Shown piece after piece: positions 28,608 to 36,449 of a stretch of 64,000 nucleotides of DNA. Under the pieces are notes generated by a model, which was not told the origin of the DNA, did no database searches, and worked only from the letters and a program-made list of their open reading frames with translations. This DNA comes from a virus (Duplodnaviria > Caudoviricetes): the IMG/VR virus record IMGVR_UViG_3300033074_001348, positions 13,313 to 77,312 of that record, one strand, 5' to 3'. Position numbers and translations under genes: made by a program. Every line of letters starts with the position of its first letter. Position 1 is the stretch's first letter.

Positions 28608-28868
28608 TTATCTTGAATGATACGGCGACATATAAGGATATTTGTAAGTTATATAAGTATTAAAATCACAAGGCATGACACCAATAAACTGCGTAGGTTG
28701 AGAATCTTCATACTTACGCCTTTTATCAATAATTGATGCTATTTTTGAATTAACACCCATTAAATCGCCATCGTAAAATCGAACTAAAATATAGGGATTA
28801 GCAGCACACGCTTTCCTTAATTGACCTACTGTTAAAGTTTTCATCTCATTTATTTTAAACAACCCCAA
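28608..28868 (-). CDS. Hypothetical protein
   Basis: ORF; the real start is probably the internal MKTL. Confidence 0.5.
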   Translation of the reverse strand: MGLFKINEMKTLTVGQLRKACAANPYILVRFYDGDLMGVNSKIASIIDKRRKYEDSQPTQFIGVMPCDFNTYITYKYPYMSPYHSR

Positions 28869-28893
28869 AGCCAGAACGATGGGGGTGGGTTAG

Positions 28894-29169
28894 TTAGTAA
28901 TTTATTACAATTTCAGTTTCGGTAACTTCTTTTATTTTAGGTCGGGCGTTCCTTGCTTCAATTACACAAGGAACTAAAACCATCTCTTCATACCAAACAT
29001 CATCGTTTTTATTCATATTAAATCCCTTGTATCTATTGTCAGCACCAAACAAAGTAATATATTTTCCGTCATATTCTAAACGGTAATCACCTGCGTAATG
29101 CGGTAATATTGGTAGTCTTACTTCTTTCATAATTTTAGTATAAATAACAAACCCCCAAGCCAAAGACAA
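28894..29169 (-). CDS. Hypothetical protein
   Basis: ORF; the real start is probably MKEVRLP at 29130. Confidence 0.5.
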   Translation of the reverse strand: MSLAWGFVIYTKIMKEVRLPILPHYAGDYRLEYDGKYITLFGADNRYKGFNMNKNDDVWYEEMVLVPCVIEARNARPKIKEVTETEIVINY

Positions 29170-29183
29170 GAGGGCTTGTCGGG

Positions 29184-29603
29184 TTAGTCTTCGTTAAAAA
29201 AATCTTCTATATTAGGATTGTTATTCCAGTTTTCGATCTTACCGTTTTCATCAATTTTAACAACGATATAATCCCCGTAAGACTCTCGATATAAATCCAA
29301 TATATTGGGAACATAACCGTCTTTTGTAAGAACGGTATTACCTTCTGAATCCAATAAGTGGTAAATCCCATCATCGCAAACTTTGTAATGAACATCAGCA
29401 GTGACACCTTTCTTCCAATTTGTAATAATTCCAGAATCAATATCAATATTTAATTTCCATCGATCCATTTCTTTGCATGGGATTAAATCGCCATGTAAAT
29501 CATCGACTCCATTAATTGAGCCGTCTTCCCAGTAGCGTACACCTGCATCCACTAACAAGGTTTTAATTTCGACTTCCTTTTCGATTTTGATTTTTGCTTT
29601 CAT
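29184..29603 (-). CDS. Conserved phage hypothetical protein (139 aa)
   Basis: Globular acidic ORF (GVRYWEDG, HYKVCDDG) downstream of a promoter. Confidence 0.6.
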   Translation of the reverse strand: MKAKIKIEKEVEIKTLLVDAGVRYWEDGSINGVDDLHGDLIPCKEMDRWKLNIDIDSGIITNWKKGVTADVHYKVCDDGIYHLLDSEGNTVLTKDGYVPNILDLYRESYGDYIVVKIDENGKIENWNNNPNIEDFFNED

Positions 29604-29621
29604 AGTAAATGTATAAACAAC

Positions 29622-29656
29622 GAACCCCTCTAAGCCGGGAAGACAGAGAGGGGTTC
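29622..29656 (-). terminator. Hairpin/terminator-like element, one of three related copies (also about 28858-28893 and 29146-29186)
   Basis: Perfect 10-bp stem GAACCCCTCT/AGAGGGGTTC followed by GTTGTTT on the minus strand. Confidence 0.5.
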
Positions 29657-29719
29657 AGTATGTGAATTAGGCTGATCGCCTGAGATTCCAATTTGGTGCA
29701 TCTTCCCGGATTGCAGGGG

Positions 29720-29757
29720 CAAATATACAAACAATTGTATAAGAAACAATACATTTG
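29720..29757. promoter_or_regulatory. Divergent promoter pair (TATATTTG minus at 29720-29727; TACATTTG plus at 29750-29757)
   Basis: Two TAnnTTTG boxes between divergently transcribed genes. Confidence 0.6.
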
Positions 29758-29771
29758 TAAAAAAAAATAAC

Positions 29772-31157
29772 ATGAAACTTAAAATCCTCGCAGCATCCTT
29801 TATTATCGGCTTGTCGGTTGTAACTTATAATGCAGTAAACTACGACCCCGTTCCATCCATTATAGAAGCACTCAGGGAAGGCAAGTCCGTAACGCTCGAC
29901 TCTGGGGTGGTTTACAATTTTACGGGCTATAAGAACCTCCCAGTAACATCGGAATTTAACTTGAATGGGGCAACTATTAAAGCCGATTCGATGCTCCAAG
30001 CCGAATTTAATGACAACCAATACTTATTTTTATTGGATGGCGGCTACATTCATTCTGGAGCAATTATCGGCGCATCAGGCAAGGTGTACAATGCTAAGGC
30101 GGGGTATTTTGGGGCTATTCAGGTAATGACGGGTGGTAAAATAAGGTCGGTAAACTTTAAGAATTGCGACAAATGGGCTATTCGGGTCTTTGGTGATCGA
30201 TGGTCACATAATGACACAACCTTTATTACATCATGCGTTTTCGATTCAATACCTCGTGACGGATCGGGATATGGTACATGGAATCAGCATGGTGTGGTTA
30301 TAGTCGATTCCTGTAAATTCAATTTCCTGCGTCATGCTTTTGATTGTGGTAGTGAAGGTAACTTAACGGTAATTCAAAACTGCGAGTTTCGTAATTGCTT
30401 TTACATTCCAATTCATCAGCATCGGTATGTAGGTGATTCGGTCGGGGTTGGATTGACGGTGCGTAATTGTAAGTTTTACGATACCTACATGCCCCTTGAT
30501 ATTGGATTGCCGTTTAAAGGCATGAACAGAATTGATAGCAACTATTTTGCCGGCAACTATATTGGTCGCATGGGTCGTGATACGATACCCATTGGCACAA
30601 ACTATATGAACGGTAAAGGCATGATATCTGCTCCTGAAATTATTGGAAGAAATAGCTATAAGGTGGGCGAGAAAATGTCACTAAAGATTGACAAGACTGG
30701 TTTTTGGAATAACGGTGTAACGAACAGGCAGACGACAACTACATTCAATTATCCAATGGTAAAAGTCTATAGCGTTCACACGGGTGGCATTGCTGACACC
30801 ATGACCGTTATTTGCTCTGATACGGGAATCTATACGTCCATGCGGGTTTTAGCAACCTGCGATATTGAATTTTGGAGTGGCGATAAAGCGGTTGGAGTGG
30901 TGAAAAAAGGAAAGGCGTATGACTATAAATTTTACTACTTCAAGGCGGATGTCAAGATCAAAATTAAAGGCAATCTTATAGGTGTAGATCGGGCGACATT
31001 CAACGTGGCAGACGGTTATAGGGCGTTACGGGTTCGTACGAATGTCGGGGTGCTGCATCTTGATAATCTATGCTACAACGGATGGTATGACACCTATGAG
31101 TTTGGACTTAAGACGAAGGTCAAGCAAGTGGGTGAGTGGGTGGAGGTCGGGAAATAA
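29772..31157 (+). CDS. Secreted parallel beta-helix (pectin-lyase-like) protein (461 aa)
   Basis: Signal peptide MKLKILAASFIIGLSVVTYNA; repeats such as VNFKNC, ITSCVF, VDSCKF, IQNCEF and VRNCKF. Confidence 0.7.
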   Translation: MKLKILAASFIIGLSVVTYNAVNYDPVPSIIEALREGKSVTLDSGVVYNFTGYKNLPVTSEFNLNGATIKADSMLQAEFNDNQYLFLLDGGYIHSGAIIGASGKVYNAKAGYFGAIQVMTGGKIRSVNFKNCDKWAIRVFGDRWSHNDTTFITSCVFDSIPRDGSGYGTWNQHGVVIVDSCKFNFLRHAFDCGSEGNLTVIQNCEFRNCFYIPIHQHRYVGDSVGVGLTVRNCKFYDTYMPLDIGLPFKGMNRIDSNYFAGNYIGRMGRDTIPIGTNYMNGKGMISAPEIIGRNSYKVGEKMSLKIDKTGFWNNGVTNRQTTTTFNYPMVKVYSVHTGGIADTMTVICSDTGIYTSMRVLATCDIEFWSGDKAVGVVKKGKAYDYKFYYFKADVKIKIKGNLIGVDRATFNVADGYRALRVRTNVGVLHLDNLCYNGWYDTYEFGLKTKVKQVGEWVEVGK

Positions 31158-31223
31158 TATCACGAACCTTTAACTGGTTGCAAATAAGCCTGTTGAAGAT
31201 AAAGCTTCGTATATCTGATGTTA
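31155..31223 (+). repeat. 69-bp direct repeat copy 2 (attI-like site heading array B)
   Basis: Identical to 24746-24814; ends at the GTTA core (G31220). Confidence 0.85.
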
Positions 31224-31232
31224 GCCGCAAGC

Positions 31233-31481
31233 CTAAGCGACATCGTAACTAATAGTTAGGTTTGACATTGCCTCAATTGTAAAAAGCAACTGACCTGCCA
31301 CATCATAACCATTGTAAACTGTTATCGTAAGGTCGTTATGATACCCTTTGCCGATAGTCTTTTCTTCTTCTTTAATTTCGTGTATCTTATCGCCAAATGC
31401 AGCATATTGGTACTTGTCGTTTACGGCAAAGTAAGTTGAGCCTTCGCCAGTTCCTTTTTCAATTGATTTTATTCGTTTCAT
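31233..31481 (-). CDS. Hypothetical protein (cassette B1)
   Basis: ORF fills the cassette body. Confidence 0.6.
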   Translation of the reverse strand: MKRIKSIEKGTGEGSTYFAVNDKYQYAAFGDKIHEIKEEEKTIGKGYHNDLTITVYNGYDVAGQLLFTIEAMSNLTISYDVA

Positions 31482-31509
31482 TTTTATTTGTGTTGTGAGA
31501 AAGGCCAGC

Positions 31510-31603
31510 GGCTAACAGCGGTTTTGCGTCAGGCGGCAGACAGTTGGTGCAAACTTGAAACATCCTATAAGCCGCCCGAACGCAAAGCCGCAAAACGTTA
31601 TCG
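31510..31603 (+). repeat. attC-like site B1 (94 bp)
   Basis: GGCTAAC-gcggttttgcgtcaggcggc ... gccgcccgaacgcaaagccgc-GTTATCG. Confidence 0.8.
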
Positions 31604-31933
31604 GCTATTTAGAAAATCCCAAAGTTCACCAGCATTTGACATTGGAATATTTTTACCATTATCTGTAACTTTTAAACGATAGTTTTCTTGTCCAAAATCT
31701 AATTCCCAACAGAAATACTCAATCCAACTTTGACCCATTGGACAAAGTGCAGTATCATTCATTGCGACTTGCAAAACTTCTAATAAAGCATTTTGCAAGT
31801 AATGATTTTTAGGTAATAGATTAGCTGTAAAACTTTCGGGAAACGCTTTGCCTAAATTTTCAGAAACAGAAATATCATATTTAATTTGTTCCTGTATTGC
31901 TTCAATTGATTTTATAAAAAGTTGTTTATCCAT
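31598..31933 (-). CDS. Hypothetical protein (cassette B2, gene 2)
   Basis: The stop overlaps the GTTA core at 31597; contains WIEYFCWELDFG. Confidence 0.6.
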   Translation of the reverse strand: MDKQLFIKSIEAIQEQIKYDISVSENLGKAFPESFTANLLPKNHYLQNALLEVLQVAMNDTALCPMGQSWIEYFCWELDFGQENYRLKVTDNGKNIPMSNAGELWDFLNSR

Positions 31934-32177
31934 TTTTATCTTCTTTTAAGTGGTTATATTGACCAGTAGCGTATTGGTGCAAGTTAGTTTCGTTGTATAG
32001 GCTACAAATACTTGACAATGCTTCTAACTCATCATTATTATTTTCAATCCATTCATCAATACTTTCTTCCTCATCAAAAGCATCTTTAACAGCAGCCTTT
32101 ACACCTTTTCTGACAAAGTTTTTTATTGCTCTTAAATCCGATTTTGTTAATGTTACATTTACATATTCTAATTCCAT
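31926..32177 (-). CDS. Hypothetical acidic protein (cassette B2, gene 1)
   Basis: Overlaps the next gene by 8 nt inside the same cassette. Confidence 0.55.
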   Translation of the reverse strand: MELEYVNVTLTKSDLRAIKNFVRKGVKAAVKDAFDEEESIDEWIENNNDELEALSSICSLYNETNLHQYATGQYNHLKEDKNG

Positions 32178-32219
32178 ATTTTGACATTTTAATTTTAAAG
32201 TTTACGACTTAAAAACAGC

Positions 32220-32350
32220 CGATAACAAGGGTTTGAACGCAAGTGGGGCAGATGTGATACTATCAACATCAGTGGTTCATTCATCATTTGTACTACTATC
32301 AACATTAGTGCTACAAATCCCCACCTGCGTCAAGCCCAAAAACGTTAAGT
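32220..32350 (+). repeat. attC-like site B2 (131 bp)
   Basis: CGATAAC-gggtttgaacgcaagtgggg ... ccccacctgcgtcaagccc-GTTAAGT. Confidence 0.8.
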
Positions 32351-32389
32351 GCAATAAAATTTTTAATAATTATTTTTCCCACCGCACAG

Positions 32390-32662
32390 TTAAAAGTTAG
32401 GAGTGTTAATTTTAAATGGAATATCTACTCCTAATTCCATCAGTCTCGACCTTGCGTCCCTTATTGTTATCTCCGCATCCGTAATTTGATTTTTAAGGTT
32501 TTCGATTTCTTCTTCGGTTTGTATTTCGTCGGTTTCCATGTCTCCGCATCTTCTACATATCACAGTATCGGGAAACCACTTAACTGATTCAGTACCTTCA
32601 TACAGCTCAAATATTTCACCGCATTTCTGGCACGGTGTAGGCATTTCAAATTCTTTTTTCAT
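32390..32662 (-). CDS. Small Zn-finger plus coiled-coil protein
   Basis: CQKC...CRRC followed by a heptad-like helix. Confidence 0.5.
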   Translation of the reverse strand: MKKEFEMPTPCQKCGEIFELYEGTESVKWFPDTVICRRCGDMETDEIQTEEEIENLKNQITDAEITIRDARSRLMELGVDIPFKINTPNF

Positions 32663-32685
32663 CTTCTCAATTTTTAGCTATTAGG

Positions 32686-32934
32686 TTATGGTTTAAACCC
32701 ATCCTGTCTTTCGCCTGTAACCTGAAAGTATTTACTTGGCTCAGACTTCAGCCACAAACAAAGCTTTACGAAGGTTTCCATGTCAAAGGATTTTCGGTTT
32801 TCTATTCTTGAAATGGTCGAGGCTGAAACTCCTGCAATTTTAGCAGCTTCACGGATTGTTGTTTCAAGTTCAATTACCCTTTGAGTTATCAGGTCTTTTC
32901 GGAATAGGTCGTAGTTAAATTTCAGGTCTTTCAT
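32686..32934 (-). CDS. XRE-family HTH regulator
   Basis: TIREAAKIAGVSASTISRIEN helix-turn-helix. Confidence 0.75.
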   Translation of the reverse strand: MKDLKFNYDLFRKDLITQRVIELETTIREAAKIAGVSASTISRIENRKSFDMETFVKLCLWLKSEPSKYFQVTGERQDGFKP

Positions 32935-32937
32935 AGG

Positions 32938-33549
32938 TTATGGTTTGGGTTGTAGGGAATCTAACAATTTTTGAACCTTATCAATCCAATCTTTACACAT
33001 TTTAACAGCCCATCCCGGTAAATGCGTTCCTCTTTGAATTTTTAAGTGCTGTTCATGCTGATAAATTAATCCTTTTACAAACACACCTGATTGCTCTAAA
33101 TATGATGCACTCGATCTAAAATTATCTACTTTTAAAACAGTGATAAATTCCTCAATTTCAAGTACTGCTTTTTTATAGTTATCAAGCACTTCAAATTCCG
33201 TTGTACGCTTAATTAATTTTACGGATTCCTCCAAAGCAGATAGTAATGGATTTTCCTGCGAATACAGTTCTAATGGCACATATTCAGGCTCATCTATTTT
33301 TGCGTTCTCCTCCCCGACCATTTTCTTTAAAATCGCAATGCCTTCGGATAGGGGGAGGATGCGGGTGAATAGAGTTAAAGCTAATTTCTCATCACTCAAC
33401 CACCAATATCTATTGTAAATGTCGAAGCCCCAAAAACAGTCAGTAATGATGTCGTGATGTCCACTTGCTTTTTTAAACAGAGGAATAAAAGCTACTAATT
33501 CATCTGTTGTACCGCTGCGCATGTCGCAGCAGAATGGTTGTGTTTTCAT
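32938..33549 (-). CDS. Hypothetical protein (203 aa)
   Basis: ORF in a tightly packed minus-strand operon. Confidence 0.5.
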   Translation of the reverse strand: MKTQPFCCDMRSGTTDELVAFIPLFKKASGHHDIITDCFWGFDIYNRYWWLSDEKLALTLFTRILPLSEGIAILKKMVGEENAKIDEPEYVPLELYSQENPLLSALEESVKLIKRTTEFEVLDNYKKAVLEIEEFITVLKVDNFRSSASYLEQSGVFVKGLIYQHEQHLKIQRGTHLPGWAVKMCKDWIDKVQKLLDSLQPKP

Positions 33550-33749
33550 GATTTATAAATTATAAATGTGAATAGGATTAATATTGCAACTATACCCATC
33601 ATCATCAAATTAACTGCGAGGTATCTACTGTATGAACCAAATTTCTGACCAAGCCACTTCCCAAAAGAGAATAGCGGACATGATAATATTAAAATGATAT
33701 ATAAAATAAGCAGTAAAGCAAACTCAGCTATCAATAATGGTTGTGTCAT
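33546..33749 (-). CDS. Small two-TM membrane protein
   Basis: Two hydrophobic segments; ATGA overlap with the next gene. Confidence 0.5.
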   Translation of the reverse strand: MTQPLLIAEFALLLILYIILILSCPLFSFGKWLGQKFGSYSRYLAVNLMMMGIVAILILFTFIIYKS

Positions 33750-33859
33750 AACTTCATTTTTTTATCGTGTGCATAACACCATCCATCCAACAGTTTCGTC
33801 ACGCCAAACTCCTGTAAATCCGTATGCCTTTCTACCTTTTGGAACTTTAATTTTCTTGC

Positions 33860-34066
33860 TCATACCCTCCCTTTCCTCCTCCCTTTATTTATCATTCTCA
33901 CAATACGGCACTCGCTCAACCCTGTGAGTTCTGATATTTTCCATACGTCCTCCATTCGGATTCTTCCGGGGTCTTCAAAAAGTCGGTAAACTTGCCTCCT
34001 TGAAACTTTAAGTTCTTTGGCAAACTGGTTTATGGTGAGCTGCTTTGTTATGAATTTTTTGAGCAT
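33860..34066 (-). CDS. HTH DNA-binding protein
   Basis: LTINQFAKELKVSRRQVYRLF. Confidence 0.65.
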   Translation of the reverse strand: MLKKFITKQLTINQFAKELKVSRRQVYRLFEDPGRIRMEDVWKISELTGLSECRIVRMINKGRRKGRV

Positions 34067-34070
34067 AGGG

Positions 34071-34844
34071 TTAATAATTTTTAGCCAGTTGATTTATTAC
34101 TTCTGATCCGTAAGCGTTTTTGGTAAGATTAATAAATTTGTGTACAGTCATTTTATCGCTCAGGTCGATGTCATGCTCTTTTATGAAATTATCTTTCCCA
34201 ATAGAACAACTTCCCGTCAAAGTGGTGTGCCACTTATAAAACTCAGATGCTAAATATTCGTCCGTTCCATTAAATTGCGCAATAAAATCAGCAATTCGAT
34301 CTTCAAGTGGGCGATTCTCATTATACTTCTGTTGAGCCTCCGAAATTGCTTTTTCTATTGTTTCCCCATGCGCAAAGAAATTACCTACTTTGGCGATATA
34401 GCAGTCTTGTAAGGTCAAATCACTTTTAATGATTGCACCTTTAGCAACTTGCCCCTTTACAGAATAAATAATAGTTGGAACGCCATCAATGTAATGAACG
34501 GGATAGTTGGTGTATTTTTTTAAGTCGTAACCGTCACCGGAACCGTAACCGGAACCGGAACCGTCACCGGAACCGTAACCGTAACCGGAACCGGAACCGT
34601 AACCGTCACCGTAACCGTCACCGGAACCGTCACCGGAACCGTAACCGTAACCGTCACCGGAACCGTCACCGGAACCGTCACCGGAACCGTAACCGGAACC
34701 GGAACCGTAACCGTCACCGTAACCGTCACCGGAACCGTAACCGGAACCGTAACCGGAACCGTCACCGTCACTTACTTTCAAAAACTCTGTTATTGCTTCC
34801 ATTCTTTTTGTTTTAAAAGATTTGCGGTTGCATTTGCGGTGCAT
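34071..34844 (-). CDS. Gly/Ser/Asp/Tyr-repeat phage protein
   Basis: (GDG/GSG/GYG)n block followed by a globular domain (VGNFFAHGET, WHTTLTGSC); the real start is probably MEAITEF. Confidence 0.65.
   Translation of the reverse strand: MHRKCNRKSFKTKRMEAITEFLKVSDGDGSGYGSGYGSGDGYGDGYGSGSGYGSGDGSGDGSGDGYGYGSGDGSGDGYGDGYGSGSGYGYGSGDGSGSGYGSGDGYDLKKYTNYPVHYIDGVPTIIYSVKGQVAKGAIIKSDLTLQDCYIAKVGNFFAHGETIEKAISEAQQKYNENRPLEDRIADFIAQFNGTDEYLASEFYKWHTTLTGSCSIGKDNFIKEHDIDLSDKMTVHKFINLTKNAYGSEVINQLAKNY
34520..34771. repeat. Hexamer tandem array (GGTTCC/GGTTAC/GGTGAC on the minus strand)
   Basis: About 250 bp of interspersed 6-bp units. Confidence 0.9.
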
Positions 34845-35113
34845 TCAATTATTTGAATCGGGTGTGCAATTTCCATTTTTGGAACAGTTACAGTTAATCT
34901 ACTGCCACTACCAACTCCTGATTGGCTAATTTGCTCTACAGCAGCAGCACCTTCCCAGTAATGAATTTTACGCACATTTTTCATAATAACAGACTTTTCT
35001 GTCTTAGATTCAATTTGACCAAAGAACACTCCGGCTCTATCGGCTCTTACAATGTAGTAGTTTTCGTTTTCCATATTAGTAGTATTATTTAGTTTGTGCA
35101 AACATATACACAT
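34790..35113 (-). CDS. Conserved phage protein (DUF6948-like)
   Basis: YYIVRADRAGVFFG...RKIHYWEGAA motif; the real start is probably MENENY. Confidence 0.55.
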   Translation of the reverse strand: MCICLHKLNNTTNMENENYYIVRADRAGVFFGQIESKTEKSVIMKNVRKIHYWEGAAAVEQISQSGVGSGSRLTVTVPKMEIAHPIQIIECTANATANLLKQKEWKQ

Positions 35114-35227
35114 TTAGCCCCTAAAACAAGTAAAAAGTAAAAATAAAAATAATCTGACTGATAATCAAAGAGATAATTTTATTTTTGGCAAAGTGTGTAC
35201 CATTAGGCACAAATTAGTGTATATTTG
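35099..35227. promoter_or_regulatory. Divergent promoter pair (TATGTTTG minus at 35099-35106; TATATTTG plus at 35220-35227)
   Basis: TAnnTTTG boxes in an AT-rich gap at a strand switch. Confidence 0.65.
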
Positions 35228-35251
35228 CGGGAAACGAAAAAATAAAAGATT

Positions 35252-35443
35252 ATGAAAACAAAGGAAGAGTTATCGCTTATTACAAACACTTATGACGGAG
35301 CCTTAATTGATTACTCAATAACGGAATCGATTAATTTCTCTTCACCAATCTTTACTCCCAGAAAGCACACCAAGCAGTCTTACGCTGCTCAAAATCGTGC
35401 TGCAAAGAAAAGAAGGAAGTTTAACGCCAAAAGACCTAAATAA
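35252..35443 (+). CDS. Small basic hypothetical protein
   Basis: First ORF after the promoter. Confidence 0.45.
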   Translation: MKTKEELSLITNTYDGALIDYSITESINFSSPIFTPRKHTKQSYAAQNRAAKKRRKFNAKRPK

Positions 35444-35596
35444 AGCCATGCGCACCAACAGAACGATCTTACAAGAGATCAAAACGACCTCCAAACTACT
35501 GGATGAAGCCACCTTATTAGGACGGCAAAAAGAAGCAATCCAATATTCGGACAAATACGAACAGTTGATGGTTGAATTGAGGGGGAGGATGAGGGG

Positions 35597-36250
35597 ATGA
35601 CACAAAGTCAATTTTGCTTGCAATTTTCTGAAGTGATAGACATTCCAGAAGCGCACATGAAAGCCTTTGTAGTATGCAACAGCTCGCCTACGCAAATATT
35701 TTATAAACTAAAAGACAAGATATTAACAAAGTTTGGTCACGAGAATGACTATGACTTACAGATCATTAAGCAAACCTGCTGGTCGTGCGAAGGCACAGGC
35801 AAATTTAAGAGCGACTGGAAGCCAACAGAGGCTTGTTGGAATTGCCTTGGCGATGGAATTTATAAAACCAAAAAAATCGTATTAGAGCGGTGGTTATTGA
35901 ATGACAATCTATTTCATAAACCACTTGGTGAGTTAAGTGGAAATTTGGTGGTTAAATATGACCCTTTTGAGCACCCTCGGTCTATTTCATTTTCCGGTGT
36001 TATCAGAAATGAAATTCAAGGTTACATCAGGCACGATAAAATGGAAGGAAATCCCCAATATTGCCTATACTATCTCATGTGGCATTATGACAGAGATATG
36101 TTTTGGAGGTACTTGACTTGCGATGTTAATGGATATTATAAAAAAGAAAGGATTAAGTTTCAGCGGCTACTCAGGAAGTATAATCCACTTGCCGCTATTT
36201 CACAGTTTCTACAAGTCAAAAAACAGGAAGTTGATGATTTACCATTTTAG
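35597..36250 (+). CDS. Hypothetical protein with DnaJ-like CxxCxGxG Zn motifs
   Basis: CWSCEGTG and CWNCLGDG. Confidence 0.55.
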   Translation: MTQSQFCLQFSEVIDIPEAHMKAFVVCNSSPTQIFYKLKDKILTKFGHENDYDLQIIKQTCWSCEGTGKFKSDWKPTEACWNCLGDGIYKTKKIVLERWLLNDNLFHKPLGELSGNLVVKYDPFEHPRSISFSGVIRNEIQGYIRHDKMEGNPQYCLYYLMWHYDRDMFWRYLTCDVNGYYKKERIKFQRLLRKYNPLAAISQFLQVKKQEVDDLPF

Positions 36251-36449
36251 CCCTTAATATCATGATCGAACACTACAACAAGCAACTAACTGCCCGTAAC
36301 GAAGTAATTCCGCACCAAACTAATGACACTATCATTGGAGGCGTTAACGAGGTCATGGTGCAGGCTATACGGGACTATGTGAAAGTGCATGGCTTTCCGA
36401 CTGAAAGCGACTATCAAAGACAACTGTCAAAAGTAAAAATCAGAAGATC

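Larger units (their letters stand above)
31220..32350 (+). mobile_element. Integron-like gene-cassette array B (2 complete cassettes)
   Basis: GTT cores at 31220, 31597 and 32344, with complementary ...TAAC ends at 31516 and 32226. Confidence 0.8.

Noticed and set aside
29667-30020. Antisense 117-aa ORF and similar short antisense ORFs within long genes
   Set aside because: They overlap well-supported genes on the opposite strand and have no motifs or plausible leaders.
24746-32350. CRISPR array interpretation of the recurring repeats
   Set aside because: The repeats are divergent long hairpins separated by whole genes of variable length, not identical repeats with 30-40-nt spacers, and no cas genes were recognised.
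25503-32350. attC-like hairpins as ordinary rho-independent terminators
   Set aside because: The loops are tens of nt long, there is no consistent U-tract, and terminators do not explain the cassette-specific complementarity between distant ends.
34475-34816. (RN)n and (VT)n ORFs at 34475-34816 and 34520-34771
   Set aside because: They are stop-free shadow frames of the hexamer repeat in the 34071-34844 gene.
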